A program made the position numbers and the translations under genes. This document shows, in pieces, positions 13,401 through 26,090 of a stretch of 64,000 nt of DNA (position 1 is its first letter; each line of letters begins with the position of its first letter). The DNA is from Laetmonice hystrix (taxonomy: Eukaryota). The notes under the pieces are model-generated. The model was not told the DNA's origin, ran no database searches, and saw nothing but the letters and a program-made list of their open reading frames with translations. The stretch is taken from NCBI GenBank assembly GCA_965235115.1, contig OZ249436.1, forward strand, positions 8,186,001 through 8,250,000. The letters are read 5' to 3'.

Positions 13401-16400
13401 ATTGGTGAGGTCAGCTTACTGAGGGCAGACTTGCCTTGACCAGAACTGAACACGAGCGAACTCTCTAATCAATCAAGCATACCGCCTCGTCATGGTGCTT
13501 TGAAAATGCATGGGAATTTACGGGTCAAAGTGCGAATTAACCTTTCTTGACATGTCACGAAAGTACGGGTAGACCTAATGACTGGGTCGGTCAGTCAACC
13601 AGCTGATTAGTAAACGGAATTATACTGTCAGGTGATCTACTCAGGGTGTTTTACTGCAGGTCCTAGGGCCCACCTTTTGTAGTGTGTATGTATACCAAAA
13701 TATCATGTCTGCCTTTTCATCACAAGAGTACTGCCACGACAAAGGACACTTGAGTGGAATAACAATAGTGACTGTGTGGTGAATTTTGTTTTGAGAAATC
13801 ACCCTTGACTTGGTATAATGTTTTGCCAGGGTTGATGGTATTTTTCTCACGTTGGAAGGGTTTCGTTCATATACTGGATGGTGACACTTTTTTCAGAATT
13901 AATCAGATTTATAAAACCAATGATTGTAAGTACCAGTACCGTGGAGCGTTGGGGTATCCAACGTATGGAGCTGACCACAGAAATTACACATGTTGAGAGT
14001 ATATTTTTAATAACACGGTATGGGTATGACACGCCACTAAAGATACGTGTACAATTTTCGGCGTATGATGCGGTTCCGGTTTGACGACATTGAATCGCAA
14101 TGTCAACAAAGGTAGTTTGGAAGAGCCCACCAGACGTACAAATCAAACACGTATCTTATCTATAACATTAGGATTATTCGTTCATTACCACGTAATATCA
14201 ATTTTATACCTTATGACTTGCCTTCCTGTGACCTATAAAGTATATCTGACCTCATATAAAGGTGCATTGCATCATCATGTTTGCATCAAAACGAATTCAT
14301 CATTATGCTTTTTTCTGGTCAGATTATTTAGCGATGGAAATGACGGCACAGACACTCCTAAGATAGGTATGAAGGCCAAGAAAATATTAAGCCCAAAGCG
14401 GCATAAATGTAGATCGAGCGAATTTTTTGGCCTCGCTGAATTTCATTTGGCCTCGAAAATGTTTACTGTTCCATTTTCATAGTAGGAAAACCAACCAAAC
14501 GTGACTATGAGTAAGCATCATGACCCTTACAAACAGAGGTGTCCATGATGTTTCAAAGATAATGTCAAACACCGCCAGGGCAAATTAGGTAAAAAGATGT
14601 AAAAAGACCTCTAAATGTCTGCGAGGTTTCCTTCAGTCCGCAGGGCAGTTGAAGCAAAGGTACACTTTCTTCACATAGAAAATAAGCAGCTCTCTGTAAA
14701 TAAGTTTCTGCTTAGATTGAACTTTAAGCCGACGGCAATTTAAATTGTCCCTGTCAGAATAGAGTAGAAGATGTATAATTTGCCATCTTGAATAAGGGTG
14801 GTTTGTATGAAAATAAACATATTTGACAACCGTAATTGTGCTCGCAACGGTACAGCGTCCCAGTAGCATATGCAGACTTGTTAGACCGACGGCCAACAAT
14901 AGTGCTTAAAAATGAAGGTTGTAATTTGCCCCAAACTAAATTACCCCACTTGGGGTGGTTTTGCATCTCAGAGAGACGAGGTAGGTTGACCCTTGCAAAT
15001 ACTCCTTTCCACCTGCTGGGTTTTATCCTCGCCGTAGCTGTAATATATGGGCATCAGTTTACCTGAGCGCAGCAGTTGGGAAAGAGACGTTTGTCTGCAA
15101 GGAGAAAAATATTGGCACTTGGCATACGTTGGTTCCCTTCTTGGCCGGCTTTGAAATGATAGCAGGGCTGAAATATGTGTAGGCCGCCTGGGTCTAAGTA
15201 AGCTATCAATCATGAAGTGACAAAGTAATGCAGTGGGCTAGTTTTGGTGTTAACCCGCGGCTAACACACATTATACGGGTTAACCATGATACGTCCCTCC
15301 TAGGGCGTGTCTTTTAATACCCACTAGTGTCATGTGACTGTGTCCTCTTTTAACCGTTCAATGGCTATGGTCGGTATTTCAATGGAAAGATTCACATGGA
15401 AATGCCAGACAAGGCCTGGATATTCTCATATTAAGAAAGATGTATCGGTCCAATCTTGTAACACGGAGGTCACCATGAGTGTACTTCAAGTATGTAAATC
15501 TTCTACATAATATAGCTGGTGCAAGTAATTAGGAACCTGTAACTTAACCCACTTCGACATAGAAATTTCTAAACTCACAACTTTGTTTGGGGATGCGATA
15601 GACAATGTTGTTGTTTTCTTCTTCTTTTTTAAGTGCGATGTTTTATGGCCATAGTTTCTTCACATCACTAACCACAGCTGTGCTTTCCCAGGCCCTCTGT
15701 CTCCTCCTCGATTGCTTCTGTATAATCTAACCTGTCGTTGTTGTCGGTCACTTCTCTACAAAATATACATATTAAGTATGCAAAATATCATGTTCTGCTT
15801 AGCTTTAGGCAATTTAAAAAAAACCAGATTTACTCACACAAGACTTAAAATTGACAAAGTATGAAGTCAGTAGCTGTGTCAAGTGGCCATGGATGGAAGG
15901 CGCATGCGTGGTGCCACTCGAACGCCTGCTGGCATTCTCATATAGGCTGGCCTCAACCAGGGACAGTACCTGCGAATCTCACCTTTTGACATTCAAATAT
16001 TTGTCTGCCTCTTCACACCTGCATGAGGACAGATTCCCAGTGATCCATGCAGAAGTCTTGGCTGAAATAGCCTCAGACGGTCTCAAGGGGGATGGCAGGT
16101 AGAGGGCAAAGGGGGCCCCGTGTGGAATGGTTGCTGGGGGACTCAATTTGTTGACAAGGGTTGACGGATCTGTTTAAATTGTATCAGCATACAGATTTGA
16201 AACTGATGCTGGGTCACTAGAACTCAAAAGATCAATTTAGAATTCCATGTCAATGAAAAGGTAGAAGTTGGCAGGGGATTTTCGGGATGTAAGTGCTATT
16301 TTATCGGCGGTGTTCCCAAGGATTTCCATGTAATAGCATGCTGATTAGTTCAGTCTTCAGTGTATATGGAGTGTATCAACGCTCACAATGTCATTACGCT

Positions 16401-17746
16401 TGGTCGGTTTAAATATCTCGTGTACTCTGGTTGCTTCTAGCAAAGATATAACATAGTGCGTCAACAAAAACTCAGGAATCGAAATTATGTTTATGTCAAA
16501 CTATATGAGTAAATTCCCTGTTGTTTTAACCAATAAGAAATGTGGTTTTATGCGGTCAAACCTCACAGGGGATAGAAGTAAAAAAAGAAAACGCGTTGTG
16601 CAGAAAGAGAATTTTCGTGTGTAGATAACATGCGTAACAAAGAACAGTAGTACACGTGTCCCGAATGTATGAAACCAGCCAATTCATTTAAACTTTGCCG
16701 GTGAATTATAATAATTCCATTCTTCGAAACTATGGGCTGATGGAAATACTTTTGAAAACCACATAATATTGGCATGGTAAATTGTTAAGTGAGTGAGTGT
16801 TAGGGGTTTTACGTCGTGTCGTTATAAGGAAAGGTCTTCACGGCGAAGGAAGATTGTTGATACTGCAAGTCTACCCAAGTATAGACGCCCATGAAAGGAT
16901 TTCTCACAGGAGGGGTAGTTCATCTTAGCACGAGTAGAGTTTGACAGAATCTAAATCAGGTGAACTAATAGACTGATTCTCCTTGATAGAATCTAAACCC
17001 GTTCTAGACGTGTTAATACGTTCACAAGTCCCCTAGCGGGACTCGTCCAGTCCCGATAACCCCTTTCACTGCGGAGGAAATGTTTTCATGTGCGTTTAAC
17101 TGACGCGGACCCCCCGGAGAAGGAGAAGTTGTTCGACAAACTCTGAAGCGTTTACCTTGGTGAGCAGAGTACATGTAGGCCGGGTTACAATAACTGGCCG
17201 AATTGTAGTTTCAATTACCTTGGAGGCCCACACAAGGGGCGTATTTTCTCACTCTCGGCGGCTTTGTGGTTTGGGATAAAGGCAAAAGAAAACACCTCCT
17301 GTCCCTCTTGTGCTGCGGGCGGGAGCTCTCGAAACTCCTTCTGAAAAGTCCAGCGTGGTCTACAGCTGAAAGGCAAACACTCCAAGGAGTGTTTTGAAAG
17401 GTTCCCGCAGTTACTTGACACGACAGAGTATGAGCTTTAGCCGGTAGAGAGGGTTTGACAAGGAGTATTATACCCAAGTGAAGGTGGTCCAGTCGGGCCC
17501 GGATACTGCAGCGGTAACGGTGACCCGATGGCAAGAGACGGGATGAAGGGTCAGGGCAATGGACAATAGGGAAACATCAAATTAGCAAGACAAAAGGGGG
17601 GAAAACGGTGACAGAACATGCCCTGTGGAGGCAAGCCTGTAAATGATGGGTAATCTTATATGGAATCGTCCTCCCTCTGCCTCTGTTTATGCAAGCAACT
17701 CTGGAAGTTGTTGATACCGGATCCATTTAAGGAGCAGCTGTCCACT

Positions 17747-18642
17747 CAGACTGACAGTGTTGTTTGTGGCCAGACTGACAGTGTTGTTTGTGGCCAGACT
17801 GACAGTGTTGTTTGTAGCCAGACTGACAGTGTTGTTTGTAGCCAGACTGACAGTGTTGTTTGTGGCCAGACTGACAGTGTTGTTTGTGGCCAGACTGACA
17901 GTGTTGTTTGTGGCCAGACTGACAGTGTTGTTTGTGGCCAGACTGACAGTGTTGTTTGTGGCCAGACTGACAGTGTTGTTTGTGGCCAGACTGACAGTGT
18001 TGTTTGTGGCCAGACTGACAGTGTTGTTTGTGGCCAGACTGACAGTGTTGTTTGTGGCCAGACTGACAGTGTTGTTTGTGGCCAGACTGACAGTGTTGTT
18101 TGTGGCCAGACTGACAGTGTTGTTTGTGGCCAGACTGACAGTGTTGTTTGTGACCAGACTGACAGTGTTGTTTGTGGCCAGACTGACAGTGTTGTTTGTG
18201 GCCAGACTGACAGTGTTGTTTGTAGCCAGACTGACAGTGTTGTGTGTAGCCAGACTGACAGTGTTGTTTGTGGCCAGACTGACAGTGTTGTTTGTGGCCA
18301 GACTGACAGTGTTGTGTGTAGCCAGACTGACAGTGTTGTTTGTGGCCAGACTGACAGTGTTGTGTGTAGCCAGACTGACAGTGTTGTTTGTGGCCAGACT
18401 GACAGTGTTGTTTGTAGCCAGACTGACAGTGTTGTGTGTAGCCAGACTGACAGTGTTGTTTGTGGCCAGACTGACAGTGTTGTTTGTGGCCAGACTGACA
18501 GTGTTGTGTGTAGCCAGACTGACAGTGTTGTTTGTGGCCAGACTGACAGTGTTGTGTGTAGCCAGACTGACAGTGTTGTTTGTGGCCAGACTGACAGTGT
18601 TGTTTGTAGCCAGACTGACAGTGTTGTGTGTAGCCAGACTGA
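17747..18642. repeat. Minisatellite, about 37 x 24 bp (CAGACTGACAGTGTTGTTTGTGGC)
   Basis: Directly visible; variants TTTGTGGC/TTTGTAGC/TGTGTAGC; lies in Wnt intron 1. Confidence 0.98.
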
Positions 18643-19161
18643 AGCGAACGCCTCCACTTGGAGGGCCACGCTGTGCCCGTGAAGGAACCACCCAGACTGG
18701 GGTTCAGTGTTGTCCTATACATATAATCACACGTAATGTTCCCTGCAGGGAGACTTTTTAAAATCAACTTTTTCCTCACAAGAGTATAGGGTGTTCTCGT
18801 TCTAATCACGCAAACTCTGTGGACTCACACAACACAACCATGTGTTTCCTTTATTTTTCTCGGAGAACATTATTACTGGGGAAGCTCTCAGACTCAGTTG
18901 GTGACCGGTTTTTCTGGAGATGCTAATACAGATATCAGTAAAGAGCAGGAAGGGGGGGGGGGGCGCGTCTCATTTAATTGACAGATAGAACGCCGTAATA
19001 TAACAGGAAGGACCGGTTATTATTACAAGAGTGAGTTTCTATAAAAAAAATTCTTTTTATTTAGCAAGAATTTAGTTAAACTTTTGTTTAAGATTAAATG
19101 ATTGGTAAATCAGGCTGCATTCATACGGCATCTCACTCTTCAGTTTGTTTGAGACTCTTAA

Positions 19162-19501
19162 AGGTGCTATTCGTGAACCAAAATTCAATTTTTTTATTTA
19201 TAATTTTGTTGACGTTTATGTGATCATGGAAATCATGGAAATAGATTCACAACAAAGGAAATCAAAATTGTTCATGGATAACGGCACAAATGGGGCTCTC
19301 GCAGAAGGCCTGTGGAGACCCTGACACGCCCCACCATAGGAAATGGCTCTATCTCGGTGCGCACCGAGATAGGTTTCAAATGCTGCACATAAACTAATAG
19401 AAGGTTTATCAGGCCAATGGTATCGGTAGGATTTTTTTCTAGTACTATGTACACAATGTATGATAGGAGAAATGGCATTCTGTGCGAGACGAATAGCACC
19501 T
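19162..19501. mobile_element. Non-autonomous Kolobok-like DNA transposon
   Basis: Perfect 13 bp TIRs AGGTGCTATTCGT / ACGAATAGCACCT flanked by TTAA on both sides (19158-19161, 19502-19505). RR..YY ends with a TTAA TSD define Kolobok; piggyBac ends are YY..RR. Confidence 0.8.
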
Positions 19502-20351
19502 TTAATTAATATGGAACAGCATCCTCAACCACTCCACCACACTCGGTCAAGGGCAGCCTGCAAATTGATAAAGAAGTGAAAAGTAACCTCAATGACTCGG
19601 CGGCTGAATGAGCAGGTGTGCCGTATTACATATCATGGACATGGACAGTTAGTTGTCCAAGTACTCCCCTACTGCCTTATTCCAAGGGGGTTAAGGTCAC
19701 TGACAGGTCATGTAAAGGTCAAAGTTCTACGCTTTATTAGGTCGTTGTCAAACTAGGGGGTCATCGGGTAGAATCCGGAGACATTGTAAGACTCGATAAC
19801 ATCATGGCGCCTCGACGACACTCAACTGTTTTAGATTAGCATAGCAATACAGTCTCAAAGCACCTGGGTCTTATAACAATAAGGTAGAGAATACATTAAC
19901 TGGCATGTCTGGTATTGGTATTCACTCCTCTGAGAAATGATAACCTTTTTTTTGTATGGTGATTTTCTTATTCATAACATGGCTGTTCTATTAAAGGCTC
20001 ACTCCGGCGGGTGGTTGTACTGGACTCATTCAGTACCTCTTTCACTGAAGAATCCCTCCCGTTGTTTTCATTGAAGATAAGTAAATATTTAGATACAGTC
20101 ATACTAGGCAGCATTAAATAAACCCCTTATATATGACACACAATTATAGAAGTGGCGGTGGGCGTTGATACCTTATGCTATACGAATTGGTGCAGTAATC
20201 TTGGTTCCAGTAGGGGGCTATTTTCTCTTTCCGGATATTCTGAAAGTGAACGCCTGATGCCCGTACACAGTGGCGTTATAAGTAGAGGCTTTACAAAGGC
20301 GCTCCTCTATATTATCAATGTCGAGCTCGTCTTTTTTCATGGTGCCGAAAC

Positions 20352-21398
20352 CGGTCACACTCCATCCTGAGAGCGATCCCTGTCAGTGGTCACACTCTAT
20401 CGACAGACGACCTCTCACATTAATAGACTGGTCACACTCTAACCAGAGACCGATTCTTCCCTGCGTTACACCGGTCAAACTTTTTCCTGACACAGATCTC
20501 TGCTTCGTGTTAGACTGACCATACTCTATCCTGAGACCAGTCGCTCTCTGTGTTAGACTGGCCACACTCTATCCTGAGACCAGTCGCTCCCTGTATGAGA
20601 CTGGCCACACTCTATCCTGAGACCAGTCACTCCCTGTATGAGACTGGCCACACTCTATCCTGAGACCAGTCGCTCCCTGTGTTAGACTGGCCACACTCTA
20701 TCCTGAGACAAGTCGCTCCCTGTGTTAGACTGGCCACACTCTATCCTGAGACCAGTCGCTCCCTGTGTGAGACTGGCCACACTATCCTGAGACCGTTCTC
20801 TCCCTGTATGAGACTGGCCACACTCTATCCTGAGACCGTTCTCTCCCTGTATGCGACTGGCCACACTATCCTGAGACCGTTCTCTCCCTGTATGCGACTG
20901 GCCACACTATCCTGAGACCGATCTCTCCCTATGAGACTGGCCACACTCTGTCCTGAGACCGATCGCTCCCTGTATGAGACTGGCCACACTCTATCTTGAG
21001 ACCGTTCTCTCCCTGTGTGAGACTGGCCACACTATCCTGAGACCGTTCTCTCCTTGTATGCGACTGGCCACACACTATCCTGAGACCGATCTCTCCCTGT
21101 ATGAGACTTACCACACTCTAACCTGAGACCGTTCTCTCCCTGTATGAGACTTACCACACTCTATCCTGAGACCGTTCTCTCCCTGTATGAGACTCACCAC
21201 ACTATCCTGAGACCGATCGCTCCCTGTATGAGACTCACCACACTCTAACCTGAGACCGTTCTCTCCCTGTATGAGACTCACCACACTATCCTGAGACCGA
21301 TCGCTCCCTGTATGAGACTCACCACACTCTATCCTGAGACCGTTCTCTCCCTGTATGAGACTCACCACACTCATATCCTGAGACCGTTCTCTCCCTGT
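20352..21398. repeat. Degenerate minisatellite, about 24 x 41-43 bp (TGAGACCAGTCGCTCCCTGTATGAGACTGGCCACACTCTATCC)
   Basis: Directly visible; the unit sequence drifts along the array. Confidence 0.95.
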
Positions 21399-24300
21399 GG
21401 TATACAATCTGAGCCCGACCCGTGCCCCGTTCAACCTGTCACAGAGCATCGCCAGACTACAGACTAGTGCTCCATAAGACGGGCAGGATTCTGAAAACAT
21501 TCAAATTCATGTCTGACCAGTCACTTTTTTCTGAGATAGGTCACACTATCATCGCTGTGCCAATCATTCATTTATAGTACGGTACTCTGCAACCTATTAG
21601 GGACGGTACAAGCATTTTGCTTCTCTTAATTGCCGGGAATGTATCTTGTGGTGAATAATACCGAGTAATTGGCTTGTGACCCTCTTTATCATGCTGTTTA
21701 ATTTTCACCATCTGTCTCTGCTGACAATGATGCCAATTGTATATGTCAACAATTAACATATTGTCGGTCCACGGGTTGCTATAAATGTTTTTTTAATAGA
21801 AATGGAACACATTTTTCTTGCAGGCAATGTCTGGTATAATAATTATTAATCCAAGTCTAAGTAGGCTGTTTGTATTTTTTAAATTTCATTTTTGACTGGT
21901 AGATTTCTTGAAAGATAAGCCATATAAGAAAATCTTTTATTTTTGTTCATTCATGCTCTTTGATTTTTTTAAAATAATGTTTTCTGTGCCCTGTTAGGAT
22001 TTAATTATTTCCAAAGGTCAGAACATGCATTGGTGACAGGTTGTGCCAAGTATTATTGAAAGCCTGTGTATTGTATTGGTAAATGGTACAGAGAGACATC
22101 ATATGCTTAACTGCTTAGGAAATGCCAGGGGAGATTCGGTGTCAACAGACAGCTGAGTCACAAGCCGGGCGTTGATTACTTTACATCTTGGCTGTATAGC
22201 CCCAACAGACAACCTTTACATTGTACGATATTTGATAACCTTGGAAGCAAGCAGTCGTTGGCTGTGAGAATGCTTGGTCAAAGCTTCTCTTCAGCTGGCA
22301 CCATAGCATTAATACACCGGCTGATACGTCAAGGTCCTCTTGGAAGCTGGGTCAGGTTGCCAAGGGTCGCGCACGGGGCATCAGGGAGGGATGCAGCGGC
22401 TGGGGCCTGAAACACTAGGGGGTCTGATTGCATGTGGGACAGGTATGGACGACATTACAAGGGCAGACTGAACAACTGGTCGAATTACACATTCTGTAAG
22501 AAGTCAAACATGAGCGGCCTCGTGCGCCTGAAGTGGCGATAAGATAACAACTTTACCTGGGGTCTCAGTCTCAGATAAAGACACGGCGCGGGCATTTGTT
22601 TGTATTAAAAGGTTGTGTGTACACTGCCAGGATTGTGTAAAGATGTAAACCCAAATTCACGAGAAGGACGTCCCTTTTTTTTGAATCACGGTGCATGTTC
22701 CCCCAGGTTGTTCCCAGAGAATCCAGAAAGAACATGTTAATCTTTAAGTCACTTCTAGTTATGATATATCAATCGGTGGCTCCGCACGTATGGTTGTAGT
22801 GACTGCGTAACATGCATTAGACGGCCGCTCCGTCATAAATACAAGGAGTGGTTCTTACAGAAAACTGAAACACGGGGATGTGTGTGAATGACATATTGGT
22901 GTTTATGTTCATGTGATGTACTGCCCCGGGCGGTGGTGCGCTTGATGCGTTGTGTGAGCTGGCACCAAGGGAGGTGGCCAACCTCCCTCCTTCTGCCCCC
23001 ACGGCCCCCTTCCGCCTCCTTCCAGATTGCCTGGAGGCTGTAACTTACCTTGCAGTCCCCTCGCTCAGTCCGCATGGGCTCGGAAAACCACGAGAAGTCT
23101 GTGGGTCTCGTGTAACTCTGCGGGGGAGGGACCTCCCTGAGTTCTTCTATGTGATATAGTCCGAACCGGCGACGGTTCAAAACTCATCAAGTCCTCAATA
23201 GCATCATGTTCATGGAGCTTCTGCAATCCAAGTCCCATGTTTTATCAAAATCGCTGCGTGTACATTTTCAATGTGTACCTCGCTTTCTTCTCACATTGCA
23301 GGCTCTGATATCGACATTGCAGGCTCTGATATCCATATTTTTAAATATATAACATATATCAGAACTGTTGGCAGGAGAGGGACAAGAGTGAGAAACGAGG
23401 GAGAAAATTTACTCACTGCTGCGAACGGCTTCCCTTTTGCTGGAATTCACTTACTTCTGAATATGGTGCCTTAAGTTTTAAAGAGCATCATGGAGAAGGG
23501 ATTTTATCCTTTGTATTATTATATTGTGTCATGATCATGACAGAATATTAGCGTGCGGTAATATCGCAACGTTCATATAGTGCAATCTGAAGTAATTTAA
23601 CCTTTAGCCATGTCTATTGTGTCATGCCTGCATACTTTATAAAAGGGCGACCCTATTCTAACTATTAAAATGCGTCAGAAGCATCATTGTATAAAATTTA
23701 ACTCATCGGACGTGAAGGAATAATGGCTGGATTAGATTACATTAGCTTTCAGCTATTCTGATACCGAGATAAAACAATAGGGTATGTCCTATAGCTGTAT
23801 ATAAAGTTGGTATGGTAAGTTAAAGGAATGTTCTGTCAAAAGCACAAAATATCATCTGGAATTATAAGTGTCAAGGACCAAGTCTCTCTTCCGCCATCTC
23901 TTTCTATTCTTCGTTTACCATGAAAAAAAAAGACTTTCTGTCAGTCGAGGGTTGCCACTGTTGCACAGAAGGGGAAATATTTTCCTTTGGCGCCTGACAG
24001 GAGTAAAACTAACAACAATGATAAAGTTCATGGAGTAAACAGGCATGTAAGCTCCAATTCATGCCAGGCTTCAAACCATCTGCTGGACACATGCTCTTGC
24101 CAGTCTCTCAACTATGCACAAATGATGGCCCTCTCCCTGCGCTCCGCAAGTCGGTCGTCTGTTTTCGCACTGTCTTGCCACATCAGTTTGAGATTACACT
24201 TTCACACATTGGCCTCCATATGAACAGCCAGCCATCAAGGGTGTGTCGCGAATAGCTTCCCCATGGAAAAATGTCCACTTGACATATTAGTAGGACAAAG

Positions 24301-24575
24301 CAGAACGTATTTTCATAAAAGCTGGTATTCAGAGCTCGGATTTGGAAATACTGCATGCCGAGTCGTGGATTTAGAGACTTGTCGTGGACGCTGGAGTGTG
24401 GAATATCAATTCAATATTGATGTGACAGTATAAGATAATTATCACACCCAAATTTCATGACAGAAAACGATTTGGTGAAGTGATTTAGATTGACAGCCGT
24501 CATGGTCACATGTAAGCTTATAAAGTTATAGAAAATCCTCAATCTGACCGGAAGCGAAGACTTTGGAGAAGCTCC

Positions 24576-24737
24576 CCGGTTTTTAGTTCGTCATTTTACC
24601 AATCTTAAGACTGAAATTTTAAGACTGACTTGTATTATGGTCTCTCATTGGCTGACTTCATTTGAAGGACCAATCAGAAACAAGAGTTCAGTCTTAAGAT
24701 TTGAATCTTAAGACTCAGTTTGCAAACTAAAAACCTG
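24576..24737. mobile_element. Palindromic MITE-like element
   Basis: Ends CCGGTTTTTAGTT / AACTAAAAACCTG plus internal inverted pairs AATCTTAAGACTGA / TCAGTCTTAAGATT; TSD unclear. Confidence 0.6.
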
Positions 24738-25492
24738 TTATAAAATGGCAAGTAACTCTTTCTGAAGGAGTCCGAGTACTTACAAACACCACGAAAGTAA
24801 GATTGATTGGAGCTTCACGTGTTGCCGAGTCAAGTAACGTTTCTCTCAAACGGAGGCGCACACATTCCTCGGAGACTGACAAAATAGATTAAGATGTTGT
24901 GGAAGTAACGAGTGGTTTTAGCACCCGTTTTCAACTTCCCGCTACAGAGTGATGATCTAAAACACCTGTGCCCCCAGCGTAAGACTTACCACAAGATCCT
25001 GGTCGTTGTATTTGTTTAATGTTCTGAATGAAAATATTACCAGCCACAGTTAATTACTCAGCCTGGAAATACGGCAGTCATTTGTAGCCTTAAGATTATG
25101 CAGATAATCCGAAGGTTTGGTTCTGGTTTGGATAGGAACTGTTGATTTATGATAAGGTTTTAACATGAAGAGGATACCTTACGTATACGTTGTTACATGG
25201 TACCAGACTTTTTGCCTGGGATCCCTTACATGAATCCACTTCACAGAAGTTACCGCGTGGTTGGGATACTTGGTGGAGTGAGGGGACGGGGTTTGAACGG
25301 CCATCAACTTCTATGTTCTTCTTGATGTCATAAAAAACAAATTTTTGTGTGCCGCTTATTAAAGTGATGTTTATGTTTCCGGAAAACGGCCGTCTTATTT
25401 GTGAAAAACATATTCTCGGCAGAATTTGCTTCTCTTTATGTAAATTTATTTCAAGGAGTTTCGTTCTTCTTCTTCTCCTCCTTCTCCTCCCA

Positions 25493-25538
25493 TTCTTCTT
25501 CTTCTTCTTCTTCTTCTTCTTCTTCTTCTTCTTCTTCT
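25493..25538. repeat. (TTC)n microsatellite
   Basis: Directly visible. Confidence 0.95.
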
Positions 25539-25626
25539 TTCAGCTGAATTTCGACAAGACGATGGAAGAGGCGGTCTCAGTTTACAATGGTTACATCACC
25601 AGCAGATGGGGGCTGAGCCAAGCCTG

Positions 25627-26020
25627 CCTCTCTCTCTCCCTCCCTCTCTCTCCCTCCCCCTCTCTCTCTCTCTCTCTCTCTCTCTCCCCCCTCTCTCTCT
25701 GCCTCTCTGTCTCTTCTCTGTCTCTTCTCTCTCTCTTCCCTCTCTCTTCTCTCTCTCTCTCCCCTCTCTCTCTCTTCTCTTCTCTCCCTCTCTCTCTCCC
25801 TCTCTCTCTTCTCTCTTCTCTCTCTCTCTTTTCTCTTCTCTCTCTCTCTTCTCTTCTCTCACTCTCTTCTCTCTCTCTCCCTCTCTCTCCCTCTCTCTCC
25901 CCCTCTCTCTTCTCTCTCTCTTGTCTCTCTCTATCTCTCTCCCTCTCTCTCTCTCTCTGTCTCTCTCTTCTCTCTCTCTCGTCTCTCTCTCCCTCTCTCT
26001 TCTCTCTCTCTTCTCTCTCT

Positions 26021-26084
<64 letters not shown>

Positions 26085-26090
26085 CTCTCC
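25627..26090. repeat. Imperfect (CT)n polypyrimidine tract, about 460 bp
   Basis: Directly visible; source of the spurious L/S and E/R ORFs. Confidence 0.97.

Noticed and set aside
17660..18809. Five long ORFs (307-360 aa) on both strands
   Set aside because: All are translations of a 24 bp minisatellite; variants are not biased to synonymous positions of one frame as far as I can see.
23293..23333. Short 2-3 copy duplications (21 bp here; about 20 bp x3 near 52780-52838; 14 bp x2 near 5410-5438)
   Set aside because: Ordinary slippage duplications in non-coding DNA with no evident function.
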